A stretch of 64,000 nt of DNA from the NCBI GenBank assembly GCA_963775105.1, contig CAVZHM010000007.1:69980-133979 (forward strand), read 5' to 3'. The position numbers and the translations under genes are program-made. The stretch is from an uncultured Alphaproteobacteria bacterium. GTDB lineage: Bacteria > Pseudomonadota > Alphaproteobacteria > Rhizobiales > Aestuariivirgaceae. How positions within the stretch are numbered: position 1 is the stretch's first letter; every line of letters starts with the position of its first letter. The notes below the pieces were generated by a model that was not told the DNA's origin, did not search any database, and saw only the letters and a program-made list of their open reading frames with translations. This document shows positions 10,779 to 22,797 of the stretch, piece after piece.

Positions 10779-11302
10779 ATGAAACTGGAAATCGTCAAGT
10801 ACGCCGCCGCCGATGCAGCACGCGACATCAAGCCGTTAGGCGCCCTGATGCACGCCTGCGTGCTGGATGGCGCCAGCATCGGCTATGTGCTGCCCTATTC
10901 GCTTGAAGACGGCGAGAATTTCTGGCGCGACAAGGTGATCCCGGCGCTGAATGGTTTTGGCCGGGTGCTGCTGGTGGCCGCGCCGATGGTGCCATCGCCG
11001 GTTCCGTGCAGTTGGACTACGACACACCGCCCAACCAGCCGCACCGCGCCGAAGTGCGAAAGCTGATGGTGCATCCGGATTTCCGCCGCCAGGGCATTGC
11101 CCGGTCCTTGATGTCGGCACTCGAGAACGAGGCCGTTGCCGTGCACCGCACTTTGCTGACGCTCGACACCCGCACCGGTGATGCGGCGGAGCCGCTCTAT
11201 GCCTCAATGGGCTACAAGATCGCCGGCGTCCTTCCCGGCTGGTGCCGCGACACCCCCACCGAACGGCTCGACCCGACGACATTCATGTACAAGAACTTGT
11301 AG
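10779..11302 (+). CDS. GNAT family N-acetyltransferase
   Basis: ACVLDGASIGY, NQPHRAEVRKLMVHPDFRRQGIAR and LTLDTRTGD; frameshift near 10980. Confidence 0.88.
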
Positions 11303-11315
11303 CCGGGAGCGAAAC

Positions 11316-12536
11316 CTACTGGCCGTCCAACCGCGAGGTTTTCCGCCTCGATCCGCCATGCGCCGTCTTCCTTCACCATGTCGAGCGTGACGTGCGCGGT
11401 GTCGACGATCGGGCTGCTGGCCTTGTCTTTCGGTGAATAGCGATAACGCACGTCGAAGATGACGTTGGCGTTTCCGGCGTCGATCAGCGTGACCTTCAGC
11501 GTACCGGGCAGCAGATTGAGTTTCCACTTCTCCCATTGGCTGAACCACTGGGCCTTGGCCTCCACCAACTCGCCGCGCTTGTAGATGCGGCCGAAGGCGG
11601 TGATTTCCGCCGTGTAAATCTGGCTGTGTGGCGGCCTCGAAATTCGCCATGTCGGGTTTCAGATATTTGCCGGTGATGAAACTCTCGATCTCGCGCCTGG
11701 CAATCGTCTCGTCATTTTCCAAGGCCGCCACACTGTTGTTCCGGCTCCGGTTGCGCGATCTTCGACGAAGGTAAATCGCGAGGTGAGTGAATCCCACGAC
11801 ATCGGCGTCTGGAAGTCTTTGGTCGTCTCGACCACATCGCGGCGCACAGCGATCATCAGGTCGTTGATGCTCTGTCCTGGCCGGTCGATGTGCTTGAGCA
11901 GGGCTTCCGCGAAAGGTGAATTGCGGCCTGTGCCGTCCATGGCGACAGCGCCGGGTGCTGTCGAAAATGCAATAAACGTGCCCTTGGCACCATCGATCTG
12001 CGCAAGGCCCTCCGCCGCCTGCACTGCCCGGGTCGTGGACTTCGCGGTGAGTGCCCGTGCGAAGGGATTGTTGCGGCAGGCATCGAGAATGAGAATGGAG
12101 GTTCCCGCCTGCTGCTGCATCAGGTCCATAATGTCTTCGATGGGAATGGCCTCAAGCCTCAGCTTGGCGGGTTGATTGAGCTTGGCATCGACGGGAAGAA
12201 TATAGTTGCGGCCATCAACCTGAATGCCGTGGCCCGCGTAGTAGAAAAGCCCCGCCGCGGCACCTTCCAGCGCGTCGGCGAATTCGCCGATCTTACCTTC
12301 GAGATCGCGTTTGCCGAGGTCATAGCCATCGACCACCGTGAAGCCCATGGCGCGCAGCTTGGCGGCAATGTCCTGCGGCATCGTTCACCGGATTGGCGAG
12401 CATTCCCGGCGTCGAGATAGGAGCCGTTGCCGATGACCAGCGCCACCCGCCCGCCCTGTGGCGTGCCGCCGCCAACCAGCAGCACAGGGCCAAAACAGCA
12501 ACAGAAGCGGCAGCAAGACGGCATGCGCCGGATCAA
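11316..12536 (-). CDS. Caspase-like (peptidase C14) protein with C-terminal NTF2/SnoaL-like domain; ends approximate
   Basis: RVALVIGNGSY, FYYAGHG (His), ILDACRNNPF (Cys), AFSTAPG and GRNSPF. The C-terminal domain ends in WRIEAE. Several frameshifts. Confidence 0.82.
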
Positions 12537-12566
12537 AGCCCTATCCGGCGCGGCTGTAAAGGGCGC

Positions 12567-14074
12567 CTACTTCTTGATCTTCAGGGCGATGAACCGCATT
12601 TCGCCCTGCTTGCCGCCCTTGGCGACGAGCAGGAGCACCGAGCCTTTGCCGGACTTTTCGGCCTCCGCCACGGCGGCTGAAACGTCGGCGGCGCCCGTCA
12701 CTTCCTTTTCGCCCGCTTCGGTGATGACATCGCCGGGCTCCAGCCGCTTGTCGGCGGCGGCGCCCTCGGGCGCCACTTCGGTGATGACGGCGCCATTGAC
12801 CTCGGCGTCGATATTGTACTTGGACCGCAACTCATCGGTCATCGAGGTCACCGTCATGCCAAGTGTCGTCACCACGGCTGGCGCATCGCCACCGCCAGTG
12901 CCGCCATTGTCCTGATCGGCGACCAGTTTCTCGCCATCCTCAAGCCGGCCGACTTCCGCCGTGACCATGACTTCCTTGCCCTTGCGCAGCAGCTTCACCG
13001 GCACCTTGGCGCCGATTTCGGTTTCCGCCACGGTCTTCGGCAAGTCGCGCATTTCCTTGATGGGCTTGCCGTTGAATTCGATGATCACGTCGCCTGCCTC
13101 GATGCCCGCAACTTCAGCAGGCCCGGTCTTGGTGACATCGGCGATCAGCGCGCCGCGCGGCTCGCCCATCCCCATGGTTTCGGCAATATCGGGCGTCACC
13201 GACTGGATTTTGACACCGAGCCAGCCACGCCGCGTTTCGCCGAACTTCACAAGCTGATTGATGACATTCTTGGCAGTGTTGGTGGGAACCGAGAAGCCGA
13301 TGCCAACCGAGCCGCCCGACGGCGAGAAGATCGCCGTGTTGATGCCGACGACTTCGCCTTTCAAGTTGAACAGCGGGCCGCCGGAGTTGCCCTTGTTGAT
13401 GGCGGCGTCGGTCTGGATGAAATCGTCATAGGGGCCGGCGTTGATGTCGCGGTTGCGCGCCGAAACGATGCCGAGCGACACCGAGCCGCCGAGCCCGAAG
13501 GGATTGCCGATGGCCAGCACCCACTCGCCGATCCGCAGCTTGTCGCTGTCGCCGAACGGCACGGTGGGCAGGGGCTTGTCGGATTTCACCCGCAGCACGG
13601 CAAGATCGGTCTTGGGATCGCGGCCGACAAGTTCAGCCTTCAGCAACGTCGAATCCTGCAGGCGGACCTCGATCGATTGGCGCCTTCGACCACATGGTTG
13701 TTGGTGACGATCAGGCCCGACGCGTCGATGATGAAACCCGAGCCAAGCGAAGACACTGAACGCGGACGGCCCTGCCCCGGTGCTCGCCACCCGGTTGATT
13801 GCGCTTGAAGAAATCGTCGAAGAAATCCTTGAACGGCGAATTTTCCGGAAGCTCCGGCATGGCCGGGGCAGTCAAACCAGAGCCGGAAGTTGGTTTCGAC
13901 AGCGATTTCCACCACCGCCGGCAGCAGCTTTTCGGCAAGATCGGCGACCGAAGGAAACTCTTGCGCATGGGCCGGAGCCGCCAGCATCGGCGGCACCACC
14001 ATCAGCCCCGCCGCAAGGGCCAGCGCCAGACCGGCAACCGCGCCGCGCAAATTCACGTTCCGAAGAGACTTCAT
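12567..14074 (-). CDS. degQ: DegQ/DegP (HtrA) periplasmic serine protease with two PDZ domains
   Basis: GSGFIID, VTNNHV, DLAVL and QTDAAINKGNSGGPL, plus PDZ repeats; frameshifts at 13670-13790. Confidence 0.92.
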
Positions 14075-14099
14075 GTCGCCGTTCTCCAAGTTTCGAGTC

Positions 14100-14297
14100 C
14101 TATCCTACCGCAGCTTTGACAAGCCATACGATCACGACACCGAGAGCGATGGCCGACGCGCCGCCAAGCCGCAATTGTTCGTTGCTGAAATTCGGCAGAA
14201 GCTGCGCCATGGCCTTCAAATGGCCGGGAACCAAGGCATAAAGAAGGCCCTCGATCACCAACACGAGACCGAGGGCCACCAGCAAATCGGCGATCAT
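14100..14297 (-). CDS. DUF2065 small membrane protein
   Basis: ALGLVLVIEGLLYAL...LRLGG; usual position between hflC and degQ. Confidence 0.88.
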   Translation of the reverse strand: MIADLLVALGLVLVIEGLLYALVPGHLKAMAQLLPNFSNEQLRLGGASAIALGVVIVWLVKAAVG

Positions 14298-15182
14298 TGC
14301 GCCGGAGCGGGCGCCACGTCCTTGGCGGCGTTGCCCCCGAAGTATCTGAAGAAGTCCGAGTCAGGCTTCAGCACCATGGTAGTGCCCTGCCCCGACAGGC
14401 CTTTCGCATAGGCCTGCATCGAGCGGTAGAACGAGAAGAACTCGGTGTCCTGCTCGAAGGCCGTGGCGAACACCTTGTTGCGTGTGGCATCGGCCTGACC
14501 CTTGACAATCTCTGCATCGCGCCGGGCTTCTTCCACCCGGACCACGTATATGCGGTCAGTCTCGGCGTTCATGCGGGTTTTCACCGCTTCGCCTTCCGAA
14601 CGAAGCTTGGTGGCGAGCGCGTTGCGCTCGGACTTCATGCGGTTGTAGGTCGAGTTCGAGCACCGCACCATCAAGATCGGTGCGGCGCACCCGCACGTCG
14701 ACAATATCGATGCCCAACTGGTCGGCTTCCTGGCGCACTTGTTTGCTGATTTCCAGCATCATGGTGGAGCGATCGGCGGACAGCACCTGATCGAAGGAAC
14801 GCTGGCCATAGGTCTGGCGCAGTGCCGCGTCGAGGAGCGCGCCAACCCGGATCTGTGCCTGTTCGAGATCGGCGCCCAGGGTTTCGCGGAACAGCCGCGC
14901 ATCCTTGATGCGCGACAGGGTGATGGCATCGACGATGTAAACCTGGCTGTCCTTGTCCTGCACCGGACGGTTGTCGTTCTCCCACACCATGATGCGGTCT
15001 TCGATCATGGTGACGGTTTCGGCGACCGGCAGCTTGAAATACAAGCCCGGCAGTTCGACGATGCGGTTGATGTCGCCAAAGCGCAGAACGAGCGCCTTCT
15101 GGCGCTCATTGACGACGAAAGTGGACATATAAACCACCGCCACGACAACGGCGGCGATGATGGCGAGAAAACTTTTGTTCAT
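14294..15182 (-). CDS. hflC: FtsH protease modulator HflC (frameshift near 14660)
   Basis: VVNERQKALVLRFG, PGLYFKLP, RMKSER and FFSFYRSMQAY. Confidence 0.93.
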
Positions 15183-15202
15183 GATGTTGATCCTCTCGCG
15201 TT

Positions 15203-16273
15203 TCAGTTCTGCGTCGTATTCTGCTGGATTGCAGGAAGCGGCAGATAGGGCACGACGCCCGAACCGCTCGCCCCTTCCTCGATCAGCACCTTGTTGGTGT
15301 TGCCGAGAATGAGTTCCATGGTTTCAAGGAACATGCGCTCGCGTGTGACATCCTTGGCGACCTTGTATTCGTTGTAAACCGACAGGAAGCGCGCCGCTTC
15401 GCCCTCGGCTTCGGCGATGACCCGGGCTTTGTAGCCATTGGCCTCTTCAAAGAGTTTCGCCGACTCGCCTTCCGCCTGCTGAACGCGCTGGTTGCGGTAA
15501 AGTTGTGCTTCGTTTTCAAGCTGCTTCTTGTTCTGGTCGGCGCGCACCACGTCAGCGAAGGCATCGGCCACTTCGCCGGGCGGCTGCACGTCGCCCAGGT
15601 TGATGGCGGTGATCATCACGCCCGCCTGGTACTGGTCAAGCAGGGTTTGGGTGATGCCCATGACCTTGGTGGCGATGGCGTTCTTGCCGGTGGTCAGGAT
15701 CAGCTGGGCGTTGTTCTGGGCCGCCACTTCGCGCATCGCCGATTGTGCCAGCGCGCTGATGGTACGTTCAGGTTCAGCCACGTTGAACAGGTAATCCTTG
15801 GGATTCGAAATGCGCCACTGCACAGTGAACGGCACCGAGATGATGTTCTTGTCGGCGGTCAGCATCTGGCTGTCAGTGCGCTCGGCGCCGATGGCGATCT
15901 GGCGCACGGCGCCGACCTTGGGCTTTTCCATCGTCTCGACCGGCCAGATGGCGAAATGCAGACCAGGTTCCGCAGTGCGGTCATATTGGCCAAAGCGCAG
16001 CACAACGCCACGCTCGTCCGGCTGCACCTGATAGATGCTGTTATAGATGACGAACGCGCCAACCAGCAGGATCGGCACAACCCACGTGAAGCGCCCGCCG
16101 CCCTGCGGTAGCGCCTGCCTCAGCTTGTCCTGGCCGCGGCGAAGCAGTTCATCGAGATCGGGCGGGTTCGGGCCCCGTCCGCCGCCCTGGGGCCGCTTTG
16201 GCCCCTGGCCCCATGGACCCTGGCCCCACGGGCCCTGGTTGTTTCCGCCACCGTCTTCTTTGTTCCACGGCAT
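15203..16273 (-). CDS. hflK: FtsH protease modulator HflK
   Basis: MPW..GPWG...PPDLDELLRRGQ, SPFH domain, DVTRERMFLETME and GVVPYLPL. Confidence 0.95.
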   Translation of the reverse strand: MPWNKEDGGGNNQGPWGQGPWGQGPKRPQGGGRGPNPPDLDELLRRGQDKLRQALPQGGGRFTWVVPILLVGAFVIYNSIYQVQPDERGVVLRFGQYDRTAEPGLHFAIWPVETMEKPKVGAVRQIAIGAERTDSQMLTADKNIISVPFTVQWRISNPKDYLFNVAEPERTISALAQSAMREVAAQNNAQLILTTGKNAIATKVMGITQTLLDQYQAGVMITAINLGDVQPPGEVADAFADVVRADQNKKQLENEAQLYRNQRVQQAEGESAKLFEEANGYKARVIAEAEGEAARFLSVYNEYKVAKDVTRERMFLETMELILGNTNKVLIEEGASGSGVVPYLPLPAIQQNTTQN

Positions 16274-16345
16274 GGTATTTCCTTTATGTCGCGGGTGAAT
16301 CTGTCAGCGCGATATAGGAAGCCCCTCGCCCGATGTCCACCTTTG

Positions 16346-17611
16346 TCAGGGGGCAAGCCAGAGGGGATCGATCACCGGGTTGACATGGCCCAGCAGCCGG
16401 GCGGCCTTCGCCGCTGCGGCAAGGCCGGTTTCATAGGCGCCATGGGCGGTGGCCATGAAATGGGTGTGCACATGCTCGCCCGCCAGAAACACCCGGTCGT
16501 GGATGGTTTCGCCGAAATTCTTGCGGAGATGCGCCTTGCCCGGCCTGGCACAGGAATAAGCGCCATTGATCCACGGATCGTCCGTCCAGGAAGTAACTTC
16601 GCCGCTGGTGATGTCCTTGCGAATATCGGCTCCGAATGCCGCCGCCAGCGCGTCCTTGGCGAAGGCCAGCATGGCGGCCTTGCCCTGTTCCGCCAGCTCC
16701 CGGGCCGGAATTCCAGCGACATGGCCTACGGCAATCGGCCTGCCAAAGGGATTGAGCTCGAAACTGATGGGAGCCGCGCCGGTGGCGATATCGCAGCCAT
16801 CGGGCAGATTGAACCCCTGTTCGTCGAAGAGCGGGCGCCTGAACCCAATGGCGATCTTCTCATAGTATCCCATCGGCACCTCGGCAGCCGCTTCGACTAT
16901 GTTCGCCGGAAGGCCAGGCTCGAAACGCAGCCTGCCAGTCTCCAGCATGCGCGCCGGCACGGCAACAATGCAGGCGGAAGCCTTGATCGTCCCCGATGAC
17001 GTCTCAACCTGAACGCCACCGCGATGCACGCGCACCACTTGCGCTGGCGTTTCAAGCCGGATCGGCAGCCCATGGGACAGTCGGGCAATCAGTGCGCCAT
17101 AGCCATCGCGCACGGCGCAGTTCCGCCCGGTATCACGATAATTGCCGATGTCTTGCGAGCGAAAGTCTGTCGCGGCGGGTGGCTGAACATCAGTGCAGCC
17201 AATGCTCGGCCAATACGTGGCGCGGCATGCTGGCGGGCAGGAGTTCGGAGACCGCCCCATCCGGCTGCGAACGGCCGTCTTCGGCAACCTGGTCGAGGAG
17301 CTGCCAGAGAGGCGCCGTCGCAATCGGCTCACTGGTGCCATTCGCCATCAATGAAAGTGTTGTGAAAGGACCTGCCGCGCTCGGACCGGTAGCCGTGGCC
17401 CACCTTGTCGGCCATCTGCCGCAGCACGTTGACATCCGCCGAATGCAGCCAGTGGCAACCGTGGTCCCAGAGATGGCCCAGACTTGATGTTTCGCTGTAG
17501 GCCCTGCCCCCAACGCGCTGTTTCGATTCAAGGATCACATGCGAAATGCCAAGCTGGGCAAGACCCAGTCCCGCCCCAATGCCCGCTGCTCCAGCACCGA
17601 TAATGACGACA

Positions 17612-17619
<8 letters not shown>
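16346..17619 (-). CDS. Flavin monoamine oxidase-family FAD-dependent oxidoreductase
   Basis: VVIIGAGAAG, RVGGRA, DHGCHWLH, WTDDPWINGAYS and FLAGEH...TAHGAYETG; frameshifts near 17250-17340. Confidence 0.85.
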
Positions 17620-18106
<487 letters not shown>

Positions 18107-18110
<4 letters not shown>

Positions 18111-18580
18111 CGCGCCAACCTTTCCAGCGCTTCACCGGAGAGGCGGCAATAGTTCACGCCGTCCTCGAATTCAGCGCCGATACCCTCATAAAGCGCCCGG
18201 CCATCGCTGTTCCAATTCACCATCATCCAGGCAATGGCGGGATAGCCACGATCAACCGCCAACCGCGCCACTTCGCGCAGCAGGGCTTTCGCAACACCCT
18301 GCCTGCGGAACTGCGGCAGCACCGACAGGTCTTCCATATACATCACCTCCCGCCCGCGAAATGTCGAAAAGCTGCGATGCAGGACGGCGCACCCGGCGGG
18401 CGTACCATCAACGGTGGCAATCAAAGCACTGACAAACGAACGCGCGTTGAACAGCGCGGCTTCGAAATCCTCAGGTGTGGAATGAAAATGCGCAATCTCG
18501 CCATGGTGCACGGCCAGTTCGCGCACCATGCCATGCAGCGACGCGCCATCCCCGGGCTGTGCCGGGCGGACAGCGATCAT
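18107..18580 (-). CDS. GNAT acetyltransferase (diamine N-acetyltransferase-like)
   Basis: FSTFRGREVMYMEDLSVLPQFRRQGVAK, W-M-V-N-W-N and ALYEGIGA. Confidence 0.85.
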
Positions 18581-19390
18581 GCCGCGCCACACTGGCAAAG
18601 GTGACTACAGCATAGATACCATTCCACAAGCCATGGCACACGATCGTCACCCACAGGCTGCCAAAACGCCACATCAGATAGCCGAACACCAGGCCCATGA
18701 CGAAAATGAAGGCAATCGAAAACCATGGCTCCTGAAACATGCAGCATGGACCATGCCGCCGATGTGACGACTGATGTTCCTACAAAAGCCAAGCCGCGTT
18801 TGCGACAACGCCGTGAACAACTGCCCGCGAAACACCAATTCTTCTGCCAGCGGCGCGCCGATGACCACCGATGGCAGCACCAGCATGAACAGCTTGGGAT
18901 CATGGGCGATGTCGAACATCGCCTGCTTCACCAGCGCCGATGCTATCTGACTGATCTTCGCCCTCGGTGGGTTGGTATTGCGAAACGTCGATGCCGAGAA
19001 GCAATACAATGGCAACGAGGAACAGGTACATGCCCGCGATGAAGCCGATGGCAACGCCGGACCAGCCGAGCCAGCCAAGCTTCGGCCACTGAAGATTGAG
19101 CACCTCCGCGGGCTTGCCGCCGCGCACCTTGGCCAAGAGACCATGCAGCGATGGCGGTCAACACCGACGCGGGAAGGATACCGATCAGAAAACCCTTGAT
19201 CACATCGCCTTGGTTGTCGAGTTGCCACCAACCACGAGTGCGACCGCAGCCAAGCCAAACCCGCTCTGCAGCAGCTGGTTGAGAACGACCAGCACAACCG
19301 CGATGGCGAGGCCAACCAAAGCCCGGCGGGATTCGTGGCGCGATAGAGCCTGCGCTGGCCGCCCTGGAAATCTTCGCCGATTGCCGCCAT
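18577..19390 (-). CDS. CPBP (Abi/CAAX) family intramembrane metalloprotease (frameshifted)
   Basis: APLAEELVFRG, WSMLH and GSLWVTIVCHGLWN motifs; hydrophobic segments. Confidence 0.85.
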
Positions 19391-20189
19391 TACACCGCCA
19401 CGGGCGCGGCGATGTGCGGATGCGACTGGTAGCCCACGATCTCGAAATCCTCGAAGCGGAAATCGTCAAGGGCCGCCACTTCGCGCTTGATGACCAGGCG
19501 CGGCAGCGGCAACGGCGCGCGCTGCAATTGCGCGTCCGCCTGCTCGAGATGATTGATGATAGAGGTGGGCGTCGCCCAGCGTGTGGATGAACTCGCCCAC
19601 CTTGAGGCCGGTGACGGCGGCCACCATGTGGGTGAGCAGGGCGTAGGAGGCGATGTTGAACGGAACACCGAGGAAGATGTCGGCCGAGCGCTGGTAGAGC
19701 TGGCACGAGAGCTTGCCGTTGGCCACGTAGAACTGGAACAGGCAGTGGCATGGCGGCAGCGCCTGCTTGTCGACATCGGCCGGGTTCCACGCCGTCACGA
19801 TCAGCCGCCGCGAGTCCGGGCTCTTGCGGATACGGGCAATCACATCCGCCAGCTGGTCGATGGTGTTGCCATCGCCCGAAGGCCATGACCGCCACTGTGC
19901 GCCATAGACCGGGCCAAGATCGCCATTGTCATCGGCCCATTCGTCCCAGATCCTCACCTTGTTATCGCGCAGGTATTTGATATTGGTTTCACCCCTGATG
20001 AACCACAGGAGCTCGTAAATGATCGAGCGCAGATGCAGCTTCTTGGTGGTGACCAGCGGAAAACCGCTGGGACAAGGTCGAAACGCATCTGGTGGCCGAA
20101 CACCGAGACGGGTTCCGGTGCCGGTGCGGTCATCTTGTCCGCGCACCATGGTCGCGCACGTGGCGCATGAGATCGAGATACTGTTGCAT
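19390..20189 (-). CDS. thyA: Thymidylate synthase
   Basis: [42 protein letters not shown] and [18 protein letters not shown]. Confidence 0.96.
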
Positions 20190-20233
20190 GGGACCAAGCC
20201 TAGCCGAATTCCGCCAGCCGGGCCAAACAAACC

Positions 20234-20722
20234 CTAGCGGTATTGCACAATACCGTCTGCTGGTCGATGCTGACGGCGCTGCCATTGCCGGACTTGAACT
20301 CCACCCGGACATTCCGGCTGCCGGGCCTGACAGCCGGAAAAATCCACGTGAAGCTTTGCGCTTCGAAGGTGCATGCCGTCGCCATTCATGGTCGGCCACG
20401 AGGGCGCCCGGTTGGGCGATGCGTTTTTCCGTCCAGCACCACGTTGCAACCAAAGTTCTCCCGGATTGGCGGCCTGCATTCGCGCCGAATAGGTCACCAG
20501 CACACAGGACTTGCCCTTGCCGCCGATATTGAACGAAATCCGCGTGTTGGGAATTTCCACGAAAGCCTGCGACCAGGTGGTGAACGGGCTCTGCCGGGCG
20601 GTCGAAGGCGGTTTTGACATGGGTGAGCTTGCCGCAGGACTTCACATCGGCACAGTGCCGGCCACCGGCGCAGCACCAACACGGCACACCAGCGCCAACA
20701 CTGCAGCCAAACGCCGCAACAT
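20234..20722 (-). CDS. Secreted hypothetical beta-rich protein (several frameshifts)
   Basis: GGAGG RBS and signal-like MLRRLAAVLALVC; fragments FVEIPNTRISFNIGGKGKSCVLVTYSA and SFTWIFPAVRPGSRNVRVEFKS. Confidence 0.6.
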
Positions 20723-20858
20723 GAACCACCTCCCCAAGGAAGAGCAAGCTCCCCTAAGGGCACAATTAACGCCATTTGACCGGCAAAGACAAACAAGTTT
20801 TCGCTACGGCAACCGGTTTTCCTTTTATCCGGGCGCCGCCGCGCCCTATATTGGCCCC

Positions 20859-21183
20859 GTCACGCTCCGCAAGGGGCATGACTATGGTGATAAACGGTTG
20901 TCGTAATAAGCCTTTCGGACCCGGGGGCAGTACCCGGCGCCTCCACCATCGACCGCTTCAAGCGGAGGGCGGTGATGGGGGCGAAACAGGATCGACGAGG
21001 GTGTAAAGGACTGCTTTTTGCCCGTGATGGTTCCGACGTTATCGGACTAAACTTATAGTTGCCAATGACAACTATGCTCCGGTCGCTCTCGCCGCTTAAT
21101 GCGGTGCGAGAACCGAAATCAAAGTCCTGAGGCTTAGCCGTTTCAGGCGGGGTTCGCCGGCACCTGGCAACAGAAGCCGGCAC
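20859..21183 (+). ncRNA. ssrA: Two-piece (circularly permuted) tmRNA
   Basis: tRNA-like 3' part GACCCGGGGGCAGTACCCGGCGCCTCCACCA ends at 20948 and precedes the 5' part GGGGGCGAAACAGGATCGAC (20977). Tag ORF 21061-21099 encodes ANDNYAPVALAA*. Outer ends approximate. Confidence 0.93.
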
Positions 21184-21184
21184 T

Positions 21185-22107
21185 TCATCCAAAATTCAGG
21201 GCAATAGAGACAGGTTCACGGCGCCGTGCGGTCGCGTGCCGGGCCAGGCTGTTAACGGGCCAAAATCGTAACGAAGTCCTGCGAATACCGTGAACCATGG
21301 GCATCAAATTCGGTACCGGGCCCTTCGTCGCCTTCGAACTGAAAGCTGTAGAAATCAGCGCCACGCCCGCGAATATCGAAAGCCCGCAATCTGCAAATAA
21401 GTATTCAGCACCGCCACGCAGTGAAATCGTTTGGTGACAAAACCAGAGTCCACAGATCAGCGCGCGAGAAGCCGCCGTTGATCGCCAATGCAAACTGCGG
21501 CGTGGCGTAGAATTTGGCAGCGGCGGATACGAACCAGACATCGGTTTCCCCAGCATCGAAAGATCCAGGTCCGCTTTCGTCGGTTGCATCATTCCAGCTC
21601 ACTCCACCTGAAAGGCCAAGGGTCAGGGACTCGCCCGCGAAATACTGGCCAAAAAGTCCAACCGAGTAAGTATCGAGATCAATGTGGTCATTGTTCGAAC
21701 GGGTCTTCTTCCTCGAAGTGGGTAAAATCATAGGACACGAAAGCACCGGCCGCACCCAGGGCCCGATCGCGCCAAAACATCTTGGCGCCCGCCGATGCGC
21801 CGAGAGATTGCGAATCAGCGTTCTCTTCTTCGGCAAAACTGGCGCCAAGCCCTGCATCGAGTTGAATGTTCCAGGCTCCGCATGTCAACAGTCCAGCTCC
21901 TGTTACCGACGGTCCATGTCCTTCGGATTCACCGTTGACGCCATCGTCGAATTCGTACTGCGAGAAGCTGTAGTCCCCCCACACGGCAGCCTTGAGACCG
22001 CAGCGATCAGGCGCGGCAACATCGCTTGCAAAGGCCGGTGAAACGTCCACCAACAAGGCCAATAACACAGTGCCTGTGGCCATTTTCAATATCAGCTTAA
22101 ATGCCAT
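21185..22107 (-). CDS. Putative outer-membrane beta-barrel protein (frameshifted)
   Basis: Signal peptide, then alternating amphipathic strands (WNIQLDAG, KMFWRD, YSVGLFGQYFAG, KFYATPQFAL, GGAEYLF). Confidence 0.6.
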
Positions 22108-22268
22108 TTTTCTGTCCCGGTTCTCGCTGCCGTCCGGACGCACATTCTAGCCCCAATCCCGATTGCTTACCATACGCAATCCAGGGGAAACGTGGCAACT
22201 GCCGGGATGACACCGGCCCGCCTCGGGGCCTATAAGACCCGCCTGAGTCGATGTGAGTGAGCCTCGGA

Positions 22269-22786
22269 ATGCCCGACGACCTGATGCGCTATGACCTTTG
22301 GCCCAGAACGCCCTGCGCGGCGTGGTGCGCGAGGCCTTCGCATCGTCAGAAGCAGTGGCCTGCCCGGCGACCACCATTTCTACATCGCCTTCCTGACCAA
22401 GCCATCCCGGCGTGAACATCGGCGAGCGCCTGGCCGCCCGATACCCGCGCGAGATGACAATTGTGCTGCAACACCAGTTCTTTGGCCTTAATGGTTCTCG
22501 AAGACCGCTTCGAGGTGGAGCTATCCTTCGACAACATTCCCGAAAAGCTGATCGTGCCCTTTGCCGCCGTCAAAGGTTTCCTCGATCCCGCCGTGCAGTT
22601 CGGCCTGCAGTTCGAAGTGGCGCCAGTTGAGGCCGCAGCGCAGACGAAGCCAAGCCCAAATCCAAGGCCAAGCCGCGTCGCCCGCCAAGGATGCGGTCCC
22701 CGAAGCCCGACACAAAATCGCCCGATACTCCGGCACAAGCTGAGGGACACAAGATCGTTTCCCTGGATTCGTTCCGCAAGAAGTGA
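22269..22786 (+). CDS. sspB: ClpXP adaptor SspB (alphaproteobacterial type)
   Basis: MPDDLMRYD, GLPGDHHFYIAF, YPREMTIVLQHQF, FEVELSFDNIPEKLIVPF and C-terminal VSLDSFRKK; frameshifts. Confidence 0.9.
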
Positions 22787-22797
22787 AATCGGCTGCC

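Noticed and set aside
21100-22270. Prophage or genomic island integrated at ssrA
   Set aside because: No integrase, phage genes or duplicated ssrA end are visible.
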